From assembly GCA_913044215.1 (NCBI GenBank), contig CAJWOT010000003.1:1-48123 (forward strand): a DNA stretch of 48,123 nucleotides, read 5' to 3'. The notes under the pieces are model-generated. The model was not told the DNA's origin and did no database searches. It worked only from the letters and a program-made list of their open reading frames with translations. Of this stretch, positions 30,781 to 40,506 are shown piece by piece (position 1 is the stretch's first letter; each line of letters begins with the position of its first letter). This DNA comes from an uncultured Rhodospirillaceae bacterium (lineage in GTDB: Bacteria; Pseudomonadota; Alphaproteobacteria; UBA8366; GCA-2717185). Made by a program: the position numbers and the translations under genes.

Positions 30781-30817
30781 ACGAGGTGTTTTGCATCAGC
30801 CATAGCGGCGAAGCGCC

Positions 30818-31606
30818 ATGTCTTTGACCCGTCGCGCCTGCGCGATCCTCGAGACCGCGTGCCCTGCGGCGAAAGCGGCGCTGTCGCGCGAGACCGCTTC
30901 GGCCTGGCGGGACGGCGCGATAACGGAGATCGGGGACAGCCGGCCGTCCCTGCGACCGGCGCGGCCAGAACGGCCTGAGCTGCTGCCGCCGCAGCAGATG
31001 CCGCGGAGGCGCGGCGCCGCGGGCCGGGCAGCCCTTCTGCACGCGATCGCCCATATCGAATTCAACGCCATCGACCTCGCCTGGGACATGATCGCGCGCT
31101 TTGCCGATCCCACCCTGCCGCGCGAATTCTACGATGATTGGGTCCGGGTCGGCGACGAGGAGGCGAAGCACTTCCGTCTCCTGTCGAACCGGCTCGTCGC
31201 CTTGAACGTCCGCTATGGCGACATGCCCGCCCATGACGGGCTGTGGCAGGCGGCACAAGAAACCGCGGATGATATATTGGCGCGGCTTGCCATTGCGCCC
31301 CTCGTCCTCGAGGCGCGCGGCCTCGACGTGACACCGGGCATGATCGAACGGCTGGCAAAGGCAGGCGACAATGACAGTGTCGCCATTCTGCGCATCATTC
31401 TGGAAGACGAAATCGGCCATGTCGCGGCCGGCCGCCGCTGGTTCACCCACATCGCCGCCGTCCGCGGCCTGGCGCCGGACGACGCTTTTCGCACGCTCGT
31501 CCGGAAACACTATCGCGGCCGGCTCAAACCGCCGTTCAATAGGGCAGGCCGGGACGCCGCAGGGTTCCACGCCGACTGGTACGAGCCGCTCGTCCCCCAA
31601 AGCTGA
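30818..31606 (+). CDS. Ferritin-like DUF455 family protein
   Basis: PARP, LLHAIAHIEFNAIDLAWD, EEAKHF, LEARGLD and DEIGHV motifs. Confidence 0.9.
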   Translation: MSLTRRACAILETACPAAKAALSRETASAWRDGAITEIGDSRPSLRPARPERPELLPPQQMPRRRGAAGRAALLHAIAHIEFNAIDLAWDMIARFADPTLPREFYDDWVRVGDEEAKHFRLLSNRLVALNVRYGDMPAHDGLWQAAQETADDILARLAIAPLVLEARGLDVTPGMIERLAKAGDNDSVAILRIILEDEIGHVAAGRRWFTHIAAVRGLAPDDAFRTLVRKHYRGRLKPPFNRAGRDAAGFHADWYEPLVPQS

Positions 31607-31617
31607 AGGAGACCGTC

Positions 31618-32007
31618 ATGCTGAAAACCTACAATCCCGCCTCGATTTCGTCGTCGCGCTCGAACTACAGCCACGCCGTCGAGGTACCGCCCAACGCGCG
31701 CACCCTTTACATCTCCGGCCAGGTGCCCGTCGCCGCGGACGGATCGACGCCGGAAGGAATCGAGGATCAAGTCGTGCTGGCCTTCGACAACGTCCAGACG
31801 GTCCTGGCGGAGGCCGGCATGAGCCTGGACGATGTAGTGCGGGTGAATGTCTACCTGACGGATGAGAGCTACTTCCCCGCCTTCCGGGATCACCGCAACC
31901 GGCTGTTCACCGATCACAAGGCGGCGTCGACGGCCGTCGCCATCGCGGCGCTGGCACACCCACAATTCAAGGTCGAGATCGAAGCGGTCGCGGCGAAGGT
32001 GGATTAG
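31618..32007 (+). CDS. RidA/YjgF/UK114 family protein
   Basis: YSHAV, LYISGQV and ASTAV...L......VEIEAVA; AAGGAG RBS. Confidence 0.9.
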   Translation: MLKTYNPASISSSRSNYSHAVEVPPNARTLYISGQVPVAADGSTPEGIEDQVVLAFDNVQTVLAEAGMSLDDVVRVNVYLTDESYFPAFRDHRNRLFTDHKAASTAVAIAALAHPQFKVEIEAVAAKVD

Positions 32008-32093
32008 ACTGGCACCGCTCGTGCGGGTCGTCATGTAAGGCGACGACGCGCGGTCGTTGGCGGCTCAAGAAGACGTTCCGGCTTTCCCTGCCT

Positions 32094-32870
32094 TCAGTTC
32101 AACAGACCCTCGACCTGCGCCTTCACCCGTGCTGCCGGGCCGGCGGCTGCATCGAACAGTGGCGGCAGCAGCTGCTGGAGCGCGGTTGGTGTTTCCAATT
32201 CGGTGACACTCCAGAGGGCGGCGGCGGAGCAGACGTTCGACGACAAAAACAAGGCGTTCTTTTCGGCCGTGAGTTTCAGTTGCGGTGCCAGCGTATTTGC
32301 GCCGGTGCCGCTCAACAAGGTGGCGTCCGCTGCGCCCGTATCGATTTGGGAGAGCGCGTCGGCGACCTCTGCCTCCGTCAAAACATAGGCTTTGAATTCA
32401 TCGGATATCGAATGCAGCTGAACAAGGTCGAAGCCGGCGGCACGCCAATAGGCCTGCGCCAACGCGGTCAAGTCACGCGGATACGGGGACACGAGGGCCA
32501 GCCGTTCGACACCGAGGGCCCGCAGCACGAACAGGATGGCCACGCTCGCGGTCAGCACCGGCACCGAGACCTGGCGCGACAAGGCGCGGCACATCTGCAC
32601 GTCGCCGTCCGGCAACAGGCGGTAGGACGACCCGGTCATGGCGATGGAGACGGCATCGAGTTGCAGTGATCCGAAGTCCCGCAAGGCGTTGGGATAGGCT
32701 TCCAGATAGAGCGCATTGCGTTCGGTCAAGATCGTATCGGGGAATACCGGCAAGCGCGTCACATGATAGGCTGCGTCTTCTGGCAGCAAGCGGCGCATTT
32801 CCGGTTCCACCGCAGGGTTCGCCGGCGGCACCACCACACCCAACCGCGCGCGCGCATTCGCATCAGCCAT
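32094..32870 (-). CDS. Asp/Glu racemase / maleate cis-trans isomerase superfamily protein
   Basis: RLGVVVPPANPAVEPE, ALVSPY and LSSN motifs of the MaiA/EutA/AMDase family. Overlaps the upstream monooxygenase stop. Confidence 0.8.
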   Translation of the reverse strand: MADANARARLGVVVPPANPAVEPEMRRLLPEDAAYHVTRLPVFPDTILTERNALYLEAYPNALRDFGSLQLDAVSIAMTGSSYRLLPDGDVQMCRALSRQVSVPVLTASVAILFVLRALGVERLALVSPYPRDLTALAQAYWRAAGFDLVQLHSISDEFKAYVLTEAEVADALSQIDTGAADATLLSGTGANTLAPQLKLTAEKNALFLSSNVCSAAALWSVTELETPTALQQLLPPLFDAAAGPAARVKAQVEGLLN

Positions 32871-34062
32871 CGTACCGCCCTCCGTTCACGCGCGGCATCT
32901 TCACACCGCCCAGCATATCGAGCATCGCCTGTTGATGAAGAAAGCCCGGCAATTTATCCGGATCCTTGCTGATATAGACGATGCGGCGCAGCCGCTCGCG
33001 GCCCGTTCCGATAGTCGCATCGGTCCGGGGGATAAGAATGTCGCGGGTGATACGGCCCCTCTCATCCGCCACCTTGTGAAGCGGTTCGAGGGACGCCGCG
33101 TCCGCCGCCGCCTCCAGCCCCTGTGCCAGCGCCAGCGCATCGTGAATGCCGGCGTTCAAATTCATGCCGCCCCGCGTATTCGTCAAATGCAGCGCGTCGC
33201 CAGCAAGGAAGACACGGTTTGTTCGCGGCGTCAGCGCATGACGCCGTGTCGCCGCATAAACGTCGCGTTGTTCCACGGCGGGCAAGATGTCACCAATGGG
33301 GATAAGCGATTGCAGACGGCCTATCGCCCATGCGTCCGACATCGCTTCATCTTCCGAAATACCCTCAGGGACACGGACGACGACACGCCGGCAGTCGTTC
33401 ATCTCCAGCAGACTCACGGAATCATCGCCGTTGAAGATATAGGTTATGCCGTCGAGGCCCGGCAGATGACCGCTGAGATCGCGCGGCGCGTAGAGCCGCA
33501 GCACCATCCCTGGATAGTGTTTCTCAACGGTTTCCATGCCGGCGGCCTGCCGGACGACGGATTGCGCGCCATCACAACCGAAGAGAAAATCGGCTTCAAA
33601 TCGTGTTTCGCGTCCCTTGTGCAGACAATTCACGGTGACCTGATCGCCGCGTTCCGCGATCTCGAAAACTTCGCTGTCGAAGTGAAGCTGCGCCCGTTCA
33701 TCGCTATCCAATGCGACACGCAGAAGATCGGACAGGTCCGACTGTTCGTAATGCAGCCGGTGCGGATAGGAGGTCAGGCCAACCAGCGATTCGAAGCCTA
33801 ATCGCGCCAAGATATCGCCATTGGCGTCGCGGTACTGGATCGCGTCGACCACAACACCGTCCGCGACCATCTGGTCGGCAACGCCGAGCTGACCCAGTAT
33901 GTCGAGGGTGGGAGCGTGGAATGTCGACGCTTTCGATTGCCGGTTCACGTCTTTGCGCTTTTCGAGAACCGTCACCGGAATGCCGGCCCGCGCGACAAAA
34001 AGCGCCAACGAAAGCCCGACCGGACCCGCACCGGCAACGATCACTGTTGGTTTGCTGCTCAT
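32863..34062 (-). CDS. FAD-dependent monooxygenase (PheA/UbiH-like class A)
   Basis: GAGPVG Rossmann motif, GCDGAQSVVR and GDALH...GGMNLNAGIHDA. Confidence 0.88.
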   Translation of the reverse strand: MSSKPTVIVAGAGPVGLSLALFVARAGIPVTVLEKRKDVNRQSKASTFHAPTLDILGQLGVADQMVADGVVVDAIQYRDANGDILARLGFESLVGLTSYPHRLHYEQSDLSDLLRVALDSDERAQLHFDSEVFEIAERGDQVTVNCLHKGRETRFEADFLFGCDGAQSVVRQAAGMETVEKHYPGMVLRLYAPRDLSGHLPGLDGITYIFNGDDSVSLLEMNDCRRVVVRVPEGISEDEAMSDAWAIGRLQSLIPIGDILPAVEQRDVYAATRRHALTPRTNRVFLAGDALHLTNTRGGMNLNAGIHDALALAQGLEAAADAASLEPLHKVADERGRITRDILIPRTDATIGTGRERLRRIVYISKDPDKLPGFLHQQAMLDMLGGVKMPRVNGGRYDG

Positions 34063-34286
34063 GGAAAGCCCGATGGTGCGACAGATGTTCAGACAGAAAC
34101 TCTGCGTAGTTTACACGTTTCTGAATCAGGGCAATTGCCTTGCCGTAGCCGAACAACGCCAAAGACGAAATCTGATGCATGAACGCTTCTTGTTCGAAGA
34201 CTGTAGCCGCCATAGGGGCGGTTTCGCTCAAACTGGGCGACCTGCTATGACTCAAGCGCACACCAAATTGACAGGGAACCCGACAC

Positions 34287-35018
34287 ATGACCGACGATGC
34301 CGTCCTGCTCAACGAGAATGTCGACACGATCCGCCTGCTGACCCTCAACCGTCCGAAGGCGCTCAATGCGCTCAACTCGGAACTGGTCAACGCCATCGTC
34401 GACGCGGTCGACGCCGCGCATGCCGACGACGGTGTCTCGGCGATCGTCCTTGCCGGGAACGAGCGCTCCTTTTCCGCCGGCGCCGACCTGAAGGAGGCGC
34501 AGGCGCGGCACGGCGACGACGCACAGGCCGCACGGGCGCACGCGGACGCAGGCGGTCGGCTCTACCAGCTCGGCGAGCGGACCGACAAACCGGTGATCGC
34601 GGCGGTGCGCGGCTACGTGCTGGGCGGCGGCTGCAATTTGGCAATCGCGTGCGACCTGGTGGTCGCGGGCGAGAACGCGGTGCTTGGCTATCCGGAACTG
34701 AAACGCGGGCTGGCGGCGACCGCGGTGACGCCGGGTCTGGTCCACCGGATCGGCCCAAAAGTCGCCTTCGAGATGCTGGCGATTGCAGAGAACATCACCG
34801 CCCAGCGTGCCTATGAGCTCGGCATGATCAACAAGGTCGTGCCGGACGACGCGGTCATCGACGCCGCCCTGGACATGGCGCGTGCGCTCGCCGAATACGA
34901 TCTCGCCGCGGTGCGGACCACAAAGCGGGTGTTCCAGAAATCGACGGAACTCAGCCTGTCGCAATCGCTCGACGTAGCCCGCGAGGCGGCCCTGCTCAAC
35001 CGGGCGATGCGGGATTAA
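34287..35018 (+). CDS. Enoyl-CoA hydratase/isomerase (crotonase) family
   Basis: TLNRPKALNAL, FSAGADL, KPVIAAVRG..LGGG and YPE motifs. Confidence 0.9.
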   Translation: MTDDAVLLNENVDTIRLLTLNRPKALNALNSELVNAIVDAVDAAHADDGVSAIVLAGNERSFSAGADLKEAQARHGDDAQAARAHADAGGRLYQLGERTDKPVIAAVRGYVLGGGCNLAIACDLVVAGENAVLGYPELKRGLAATAVTPGLVHRIGPKVAFEMLAIAENITAQRAYELGMINKVVPDDAVIDAALDMARALAEYDLAAVRTTKRVFQKSTELSLSQSLDVAREAALLNRAMRD

Positions 35019-36137
35019 TCGCTCGTCTCTTCCCGCGTCCGGCCGGCGCGCGCCGCAAGCGCCGCTTCCAAGAACGGGTCGAGATCGCCGTCGAGCACGT
35101 TCTGGGCGTTGCTCGTCTCCTCATTGGTGCGCAGGTCCTTGACCATCTGGTAGGGGTGCAGCACGTAAGAGCGAATCTGGTGGCCCCAGCCGATATCCGA
35201 CTTCGCCTCATGTTCGGCCCGGGCTTCATCTTCACGGCGTTTCAGTTCGCGTTCGTATAGGCGCGCCTTCAGCATCTTCATCGCGCTGGCGCGGTTCTTG
35301 TGCTGCGAGCGGTCGTTCTGACACTGCACCACGATTCCGGTCGGCTCATGCGTGATCCGCACCGCGCTGTCGGTGCGGTTGACGTGCTGCCCGCCGGCGC
35401 CGGAGGCGCGGTAGGTGTCGATCCGTATATCCTTATCCTGGATATCGACTTCGATCGCGTCATCGACCACCGGATAGACGTCGATCGAGGCGAAGCTGGT
35501 ATGCCGCCGCGACGCGGAATCGTAGGGCGAGATCCGCACCAGCCGATGAACGCCGGCTTCCGTCTTCAGCCAGCCATAGGCGTTGTCGCCCAGGATACGC
35601 ACGGTCGCTGATTTTAGACCCGCCTCTTCGCCCTGAGACTCTTCCATCAATTCAACTTTGCAGCCATGCTGCTCCGCCCAGCGCGTATACATCCGCAACA
35701 GCATTTCGGCCCAGTCCTGGGATTCGGTGCCGCCCGCCCCCGCATGAACTTCCAGATAGCTGTCGTTGGCGTCGGCCTCGCCGGACAGCAGGCTTTCGAG
35801 TTCCTTCTTGGCGCTGATCTCCCGCAGGGCCAGCAGCGCGGCTTCCGCTTCAGCCAGCACGTCGCAATCGTCTTCGGCTTCCGCGAGCGCAATCATATCG
35901 GTCTGGTCGTTCAGTTCCTGCTCGATCGATTCGATGCCGGTGATCGCGCCTTCCAGGCGGTTGCGTTCCCGCATCACGGATTGCGCCGCGTCGGGATCAT
36001 TCCAGAAATCGGGGGCTTCGGTGAAGGCGTTCAGTTCTTCCAGACGCAGGCGGGCCGCGTCGAGGTCAAAGAGACCTCCTCAGCAGTTCCAATGACTGCT
36101 CGATTTCATCTGCCACGGCCTGGATTTCCGCCCGCAT
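35015..36137 (-). CDS. prfB: Peptide chain release factor 2, +1 programmed frameshift: join(36137..36069, 36067..35015)
   Basis: MRAEIQAVADEIEQSLELLRRSL ends in AGGAGG-TCT-CTT-TGA-C. The +1 frame continues into a protein with SPY and GAGGQ motifs. Confidence 0.97.
36064..36080 (-). other. prfB frameshift site (internal SD AGGAGG + CTT TGA C)
   Basis: Matches the known RF2 slippery motif directly. Confidence 0.95.
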
Positions 36138-36209
36138 TACGCGTCCCCTTAAAAAGAATCTACGATCGCCATTTAGAAAATTCGCGCCGCGAACGCAAGC
36201 GGTTGCCGC

Positions 36210-38663
36210 TCAGTATTTACCCCCGACGGACGAGGTTCCCGTCAGAGAGAAGCCGTCCGACCCGTCGATCACCTTGCCGGCGCCGCCCGGCTCGCTGCCA
36301 GAACGGAACGCTTCCAGTATGACCTTCTTGTCACCCGGCCCCGCGGGACGGCTGGTGTCGGCATTGATCCGTACCAGACGCACGCCCGGCGGCACCCGGA
36401 ACGGAATGGCCGGTTTGCCTTGCAACGCACGGGCCATAAACGTCTTGAAGATGGGCGCGGAGACCGACGATCCCGTTTCCCGACGGCCAAGCGGCCGCGG
36501 GGTATCGAATCCCGCAAACACACCAACCGCGAGGTCAGGCGCGAAACCGACGAACCAGGTATCCATTTCCTTGTTGGTCGTGCCCGTCTTGCCCGCCAAC
36601 GGTTTGCCAACAGCGCGAATCCGCCGCCCTGTCCCGCGCTGAACGACACCCTTCAGCATCGAGACGATCTGGTACGAGCTGACCGGATCGGCAACGCGTT
36701 CGCGCAGGTCCGGCAGCCGAGGCGGCCTGGCACTGGATCGATTCGCCTTACGGCATTCGGCACAATCCCGCGCATCGTGACGGAAAATCGTCTTGCCGTT
36801 ACGGTCCTGTATCCGGTCGACGAAGGTGGGGGTGATCCGCTTGCCGCCGTTTACCAACATGCCGTAGGCGGTTGTCAGGCGCAGCAAAGTCGTCTCACCG
36901 GCCCCGAGCGCCATGGATAATTGCTGCGGCATATCCCGGGCGATATCGAAGCGCTGCGCGTAATCGGAAACCGTCTCCATGCCGATCGCGCGCGCAAGGC
37001 GCACCGTCATCAAGTTACGCGATTTCTCGATACCAAGCCGCATCGGACTGGGCCCGTAAAATTTCTTCGCGTAGTTGGCAGGCTTCCACTTGCCCAGGCC
37101 AGGTCCCTGATCGAGGACGAACGGCGCGTCCAGAATGCGTGTCGCCGGCGTATAGCCCTTCTCCAGCGCCGCCAGATAAACGAAGGGCTTGAAAGCCGAG
37201 CCAGGCTGCCGTGTGGCCTGGGTCGCCCGATTGAACTCACTCGACGAGAAATCGTATCCGCCGGACAGTGCCAACACCCGTCCGGTATGCGGGTCCAAGG
37301 CGACGATACCGCCTTGGATTTCCGGTATCTGCCGCAAGCCGTACTGGCGAATTTCGCCGATCATATGCGGCGGATCGTCCTTCGTCTCCGGTTCCGGCAG
37401 CGCCTCTACCATCACCACATCGCCCGGCTTAAGGACGTCGGAAGCTTTTCGGATCGCCGGACCACGCAATTGCTTCTCGCGCCATTCCCGCGCCCATTTC
37501 AGTTCGGATAGCGGAATCGCACCAAGCTCGCCCGTTTCTACCCCGAGTTCCGCCTTGCCTTTGGAAACTTGGAGAACAGCGGCCAGTTGCCAATTGCCGA
37601 TACCGCTTGGCTGTTTAACCTCACGAAGCCGGCCAAGCCAGCTATCGTCGACGGCGATGGTCGTCACCGGACCGCGCCAGCCATGCCGGCGGTCATAGGC
37701 GATCAGCCCGCTCCGCAAGGCGTCGTCGGCGATCGCCTGCAACCGCGGATCCAGCGTTGTGCGGACGGACAGCCCCCCTTCATACAAGCCGTCCTCGCCA
37801 TAGCGGTCGATCAGTTCACGGCGCACCTCTTCGACAAAAAAGTCGGCCACGACGAACTGGGTCGCGTCCCGCAAAACAACGGCCAAAGGCGCGTCGCGCG
37901 CGATCCGCGCGGTGTCCGGCTTGATAAAGCCTTCCTCCAGCATCCGGCCGACGACCCAATTACGCCGGTCCGTCGCCGCCTTTCGCTTGCGCAGCGGATG
38001 ATAGTTGTTCGGCGCCTTTGGCAGCGCGGCGAGATAGGCAACCTCCGCCGTCGTCAACTCATCCATCGATTTGTTGAAATAGTTCAGCGCCGCCGCGGCA
38101 ACCCCGTAAGACCCGTAGCCGAGATAGATCTCGTTCAAATAGAGCTCGAGAATCCGGTCTTTGGTCAGGGCGCGCTCGATACGAAAGGCGAGAATCGCTT
38201 CCTTTATCTTGCGTTCGATCGATACTTCGTTGGTGAGTAGAAAATTTTTCGCGACCTGTTGGGTAATGGTCGAGGCCCCGACCGGACGCCGCCCCTGCGC
38301 ATAGTTGGCGACGTTGGTCACCACGGCCCGGGCCAACGCGACGAAATCGACGCCGTAATGGCTGTAGAAATTCTGGTCCTCAGCCGCGATAAACGCTTGC
38401 TTCACACGCCGCGGCATCGCCGCGACCGGCACGAAAACACGTCGTTCCTTTGCGTATTCGGCGATCAACCGGCCGTCGCCCGCATGAAGACGCGTCACGG
38501 TCGGCGGCTCGTAATCGGCCAATTGCTTGTAGTCCGGTAGATCGCGGCCGTAATGCCACAAGCCGTAGATGCCGACGCCGACGGCCGCCAGCGCACCGAA
38601 GATACCGAGCACGAACAAAAACACGCAAAAGCGCAGGAAAAACCGCATCCGGCGTCCCATCAC
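36210..38663 (-). CDS. mrcA: Penicillin-binding protein 1A
   Basis: Transglycosylase motifs (AAED..F..H.G, GASTITQQ, RKIKE) and transpeptidase motifs (SAFK, SRN, KTGT). Confidence 0.95.
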   Translation of the reverse strand: MMGRRMRFFLRFCVFLFVLGIFGALAAVGVGIYGLWHYGRDLPDYKQLADYEPPTVTRLHAGDGRLIAEYAKERRVFVPVAAMPRRVKQAFIAAEDQNFYSHYGVDFVALARAVVTNVANYAQGRRPVGASTITQQVAKNFLLTNEVSIERKIKEAILAFRIERALTKDRILELYLNEIYLGYGSYGVAAAALNYFNKSMDELTTAEVAYLAALPKAPNNYHPLRKRKAATDRRNWVVGRMLEEGFIKPDTARIARDAPLAVVLRDATQFVVADFFVEEVRRELIDRYGEDGLYEGGLSVRTTLDPRLQAIADDALRSGLIAYDRRHGWRGPVTTIAVDDSWLGRLREVKQPSGIGNWQLAAVLQVSKGKAELGVETGELGAIPLSELKWAREWREKQLRGPAIRKASDVLKPGDVVMVEALPEPETKDDPPHMIGEIRQYGLRQIPEIQGGIVALDPHTGRVLALSGGYDFSSSEFNRATQATRQPGSAFKPFVYLAALEKGYTPATRILDAPFVLDQGPGLGKWKPANYAKKFYGPSPMRLGIEKSRNLMTVRLARAIGMETVSDYAQRFDIARDMPQQLSMALGAGETTLLRLTTAYGMLVNGGKRITPTFVDRIQDRNGKTIFRHDARDCAECRKANRSSARPPRLPDLRERVADPVSSYQIVSMLKGVVQRGTGRRIRAVGKPLAGKTGTTNKEMDTWFVGFAPDLAVGVFAGFDTPRPLGRRETGSSVSAPIFKTFMARALQGKPAIPFRVPPGVRLVRINADTSRPAGPGDKKVILEAFRSGSEPGGAGKVIDGSDGFSLTGTSSVGGKY

Positions 38664-38756
38664 TGCAAAACCCGCTAGGGGTATACCGTCCTGTTGTTAA
38701 CGAAGAAATATGGCGAAGTTATGTTTTTTGCCACAAATGGCCCGCGCCGCCGTGCG

Positions 38757-40007
38757 TTATGACCGATTGTTCAGTTCCTTGCGGGCGAAATAGCGGTCCG
38801 CAGCCCGCAGCAGCGCCTGCCCGATCCCCTTGCGATATCGCGGGCTTTTGAGGTTTTTCTCGTCCGTACGGTTCGACAGATAGCCAAGTTCGATCAGGGC
38901 GGAGGGCACGTTTGGCGACTTCAATACGGCGAACCCGGCATATCGATGCGACGTGCGCAGGAGCTTGATTTTCTTTTTCAGCTCGCCCACCAGCATCTTC
39001 GCCAAATGCCAGGATTCGCGGTTGGTGTCGTTCTGCGCCAGATCGATCAACACCCGGGAGACCTCCGACGCGTATCCGGTCAGGTCGGCGCCGGCGATAA
39101 TGTCCGATTTGTTCTCCTTGTTGGCGAGATCTTCCGCTTCCTTATCGGACGCCTTGTCCGACAATGTGTAGATCGATCCGCCGCGAATCTTGCGGCTGCC
39201 GATCGAATCCGCGTGCAGCGAGATGAACATTTCCGCCTTGTTGTTGTGCGCGATCTCAAACCTGTCCCTGAGGCGCACATAGACATCGCGCGTGCGCGTC
39301 AGCACGACACGGTAGCGGCCGCTCGCTTCAAGGACCTTTTTCGCCGCTTTCGCGACCGCGAGCGTGATGTGCTTTTCGTAGCTTCCCGTTACGCCGACAG
39401 TGCCGGGATCGACCCCGCCATGCCCGGGGTCCAAGACGATTACGCGCCGCCGGTCTCCGCTGCGCTTAGGCTTCGGTTTCGGCGTTGCGCCGCTTACGCT
39501 GGCGGGACGCTTCTGTTTGGTCCAATTCTTCGATTGGGCACTCCGGGCGCCCGCAAAAAATGCGTCGCGGGTGACGGGGTTCAAGTCCACCACGAAGCGC
39601 CGTGGCTTGCTCCCCTTTGGCGGCAAGATGAAATGCTTGGTCACCATTGCCGGTGCTTTTACGTCCACCACGACTCGGCTGTTCCCCGGTTGAAACAGGC
39701 CGAACCGGAATCGTGACACGAGACCGGCAGCGGTCCGCATCCGGGCTTCTGAAACCCGCCAGGAAACTTCGGGAAAATCGATAACGATGCGGAACGGATC
39801 GGCAAGGGTGAAGATCTTGTACGGAACGGCGCGGTCCATTTCGAACACAAGACGGGTCGATTCCGGATGCACGCCGACCCGGGCGCCGGAAATCACCGGT
39901 AGCCGCTCGGCCATGGCCGGTGCCGCGGCCCAAACGGTCGCCACCAGCAGGTAGAGTGCTACAAAGTGCCTGATGCGCATCGGCCTGTGCCGCCAGATAT
40001 TGGGCAT
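38757..40007 (-). CDS. amiC: N-acetylmuramoyl-L-alanine amidase with AMIN domain
   Basis: Signal peptide, AMIN-like region, LDPGHGG, SLHAD and LIELGYLSN. Alternative start at ATG 39980. Confidence 0.9.
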   Translation of the reverse strand: MPNIWRHRPMRIRHFVALYLLVATVWAAAPAMAERLPVISGARVGVHPESTRLVFEMDRAVPYKIFTLADPFRIVIDFPEVSWRVSEARMRTAAGLVSRFRFGLFQPGNSRVVVDVKAPAMVTKHFILPPKGSKPRRFVVDLNPVTRDAFFAGARSAQSKNWTKQKRPASVSGATPKPKPKRSGDRRRVIVLDPGHGGVDPGTVGVTGSYEKHITLAVAKAAKKVLEASGRYRVVLTRTRDVYVRLRDRFEIAHNNKAEMFISLHADSIGSRKIRGGSIYTLSDKASDKEAEDLANKENKSDIIAGADLTGYASEVSRVLIDLAQNDTNRESWHLAKMLVGELKKKIKLLRTSHRYAGFAVLKSPNVPSALIELGYLSNRTDEKNLKSPRYRKGIGQALLRAADRYFARKELNNRS

Positions 40008-40320
40008 ATCGTTGTGTTAACTACTAGATATATCTTACCGGCGCTTCGCCATTCAATCGAAATCCATATCACAGGCTTTTCATCAAATTGCATAGAAACC
40101 ATTTGTGGAATTGTTTCAAGCGCCCTATTTTAACTTCGCGCGATTGACTGCGCTCATGTTGAACGGTCGTTACGCACTGCTTCAGCGCTGTCGTTGGTCG
40201 TTTGAAGTCCCGGCCTGTTTCCTACTGGCTTCCATATGGTGCGAAACGGGCTTGCGTTTAAGAGCACTCGACTTCCGGCAATATTAAGCGTGGTCTTATT
40301 TTTGGTTTAGCGCGAAGTCT

Positions 40321-40351
40321 TTTCCGGAGTGGATCGTCTCCAGTCCGGAAA
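40321..40351 (+). promoter_or_regulatory. Strong hairpin in the probable rne 5' leader
   Basis: TTTCCGGA-g-TGGA-tcgtc-TCCA-g-TCCGGAAA, about 155 nt upstream of the rne ATG. Confidence 0.4.
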
Positions 40352-40506
40352 TTGGTGGGCGCCGAGTTCCCGCCCTGTCCTGGTGTTATTGCTTTAATGC
40401 CGTTCGACAGGTCGTAGGTGGCGACGCCGGCTTCGCCGTAATGGCGGCACGATGCAGCGAATCCTGATCGCGCGTTTTGTCTCGCATCAGCCGCCGGAGA
40501 GTTAAC

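Noticed and set aside
30578-31600. 340-aa minus-strand ORF spanning the REP-like element as its possible transposase
   Set aside because: Antisense to DUF455 with no HUH or DDE motifs.
35978-36137. prfB as a pseudogene or sequencing error
   Set aside because: The in-frame TGA sits in the canonical programmed frameshift motif.
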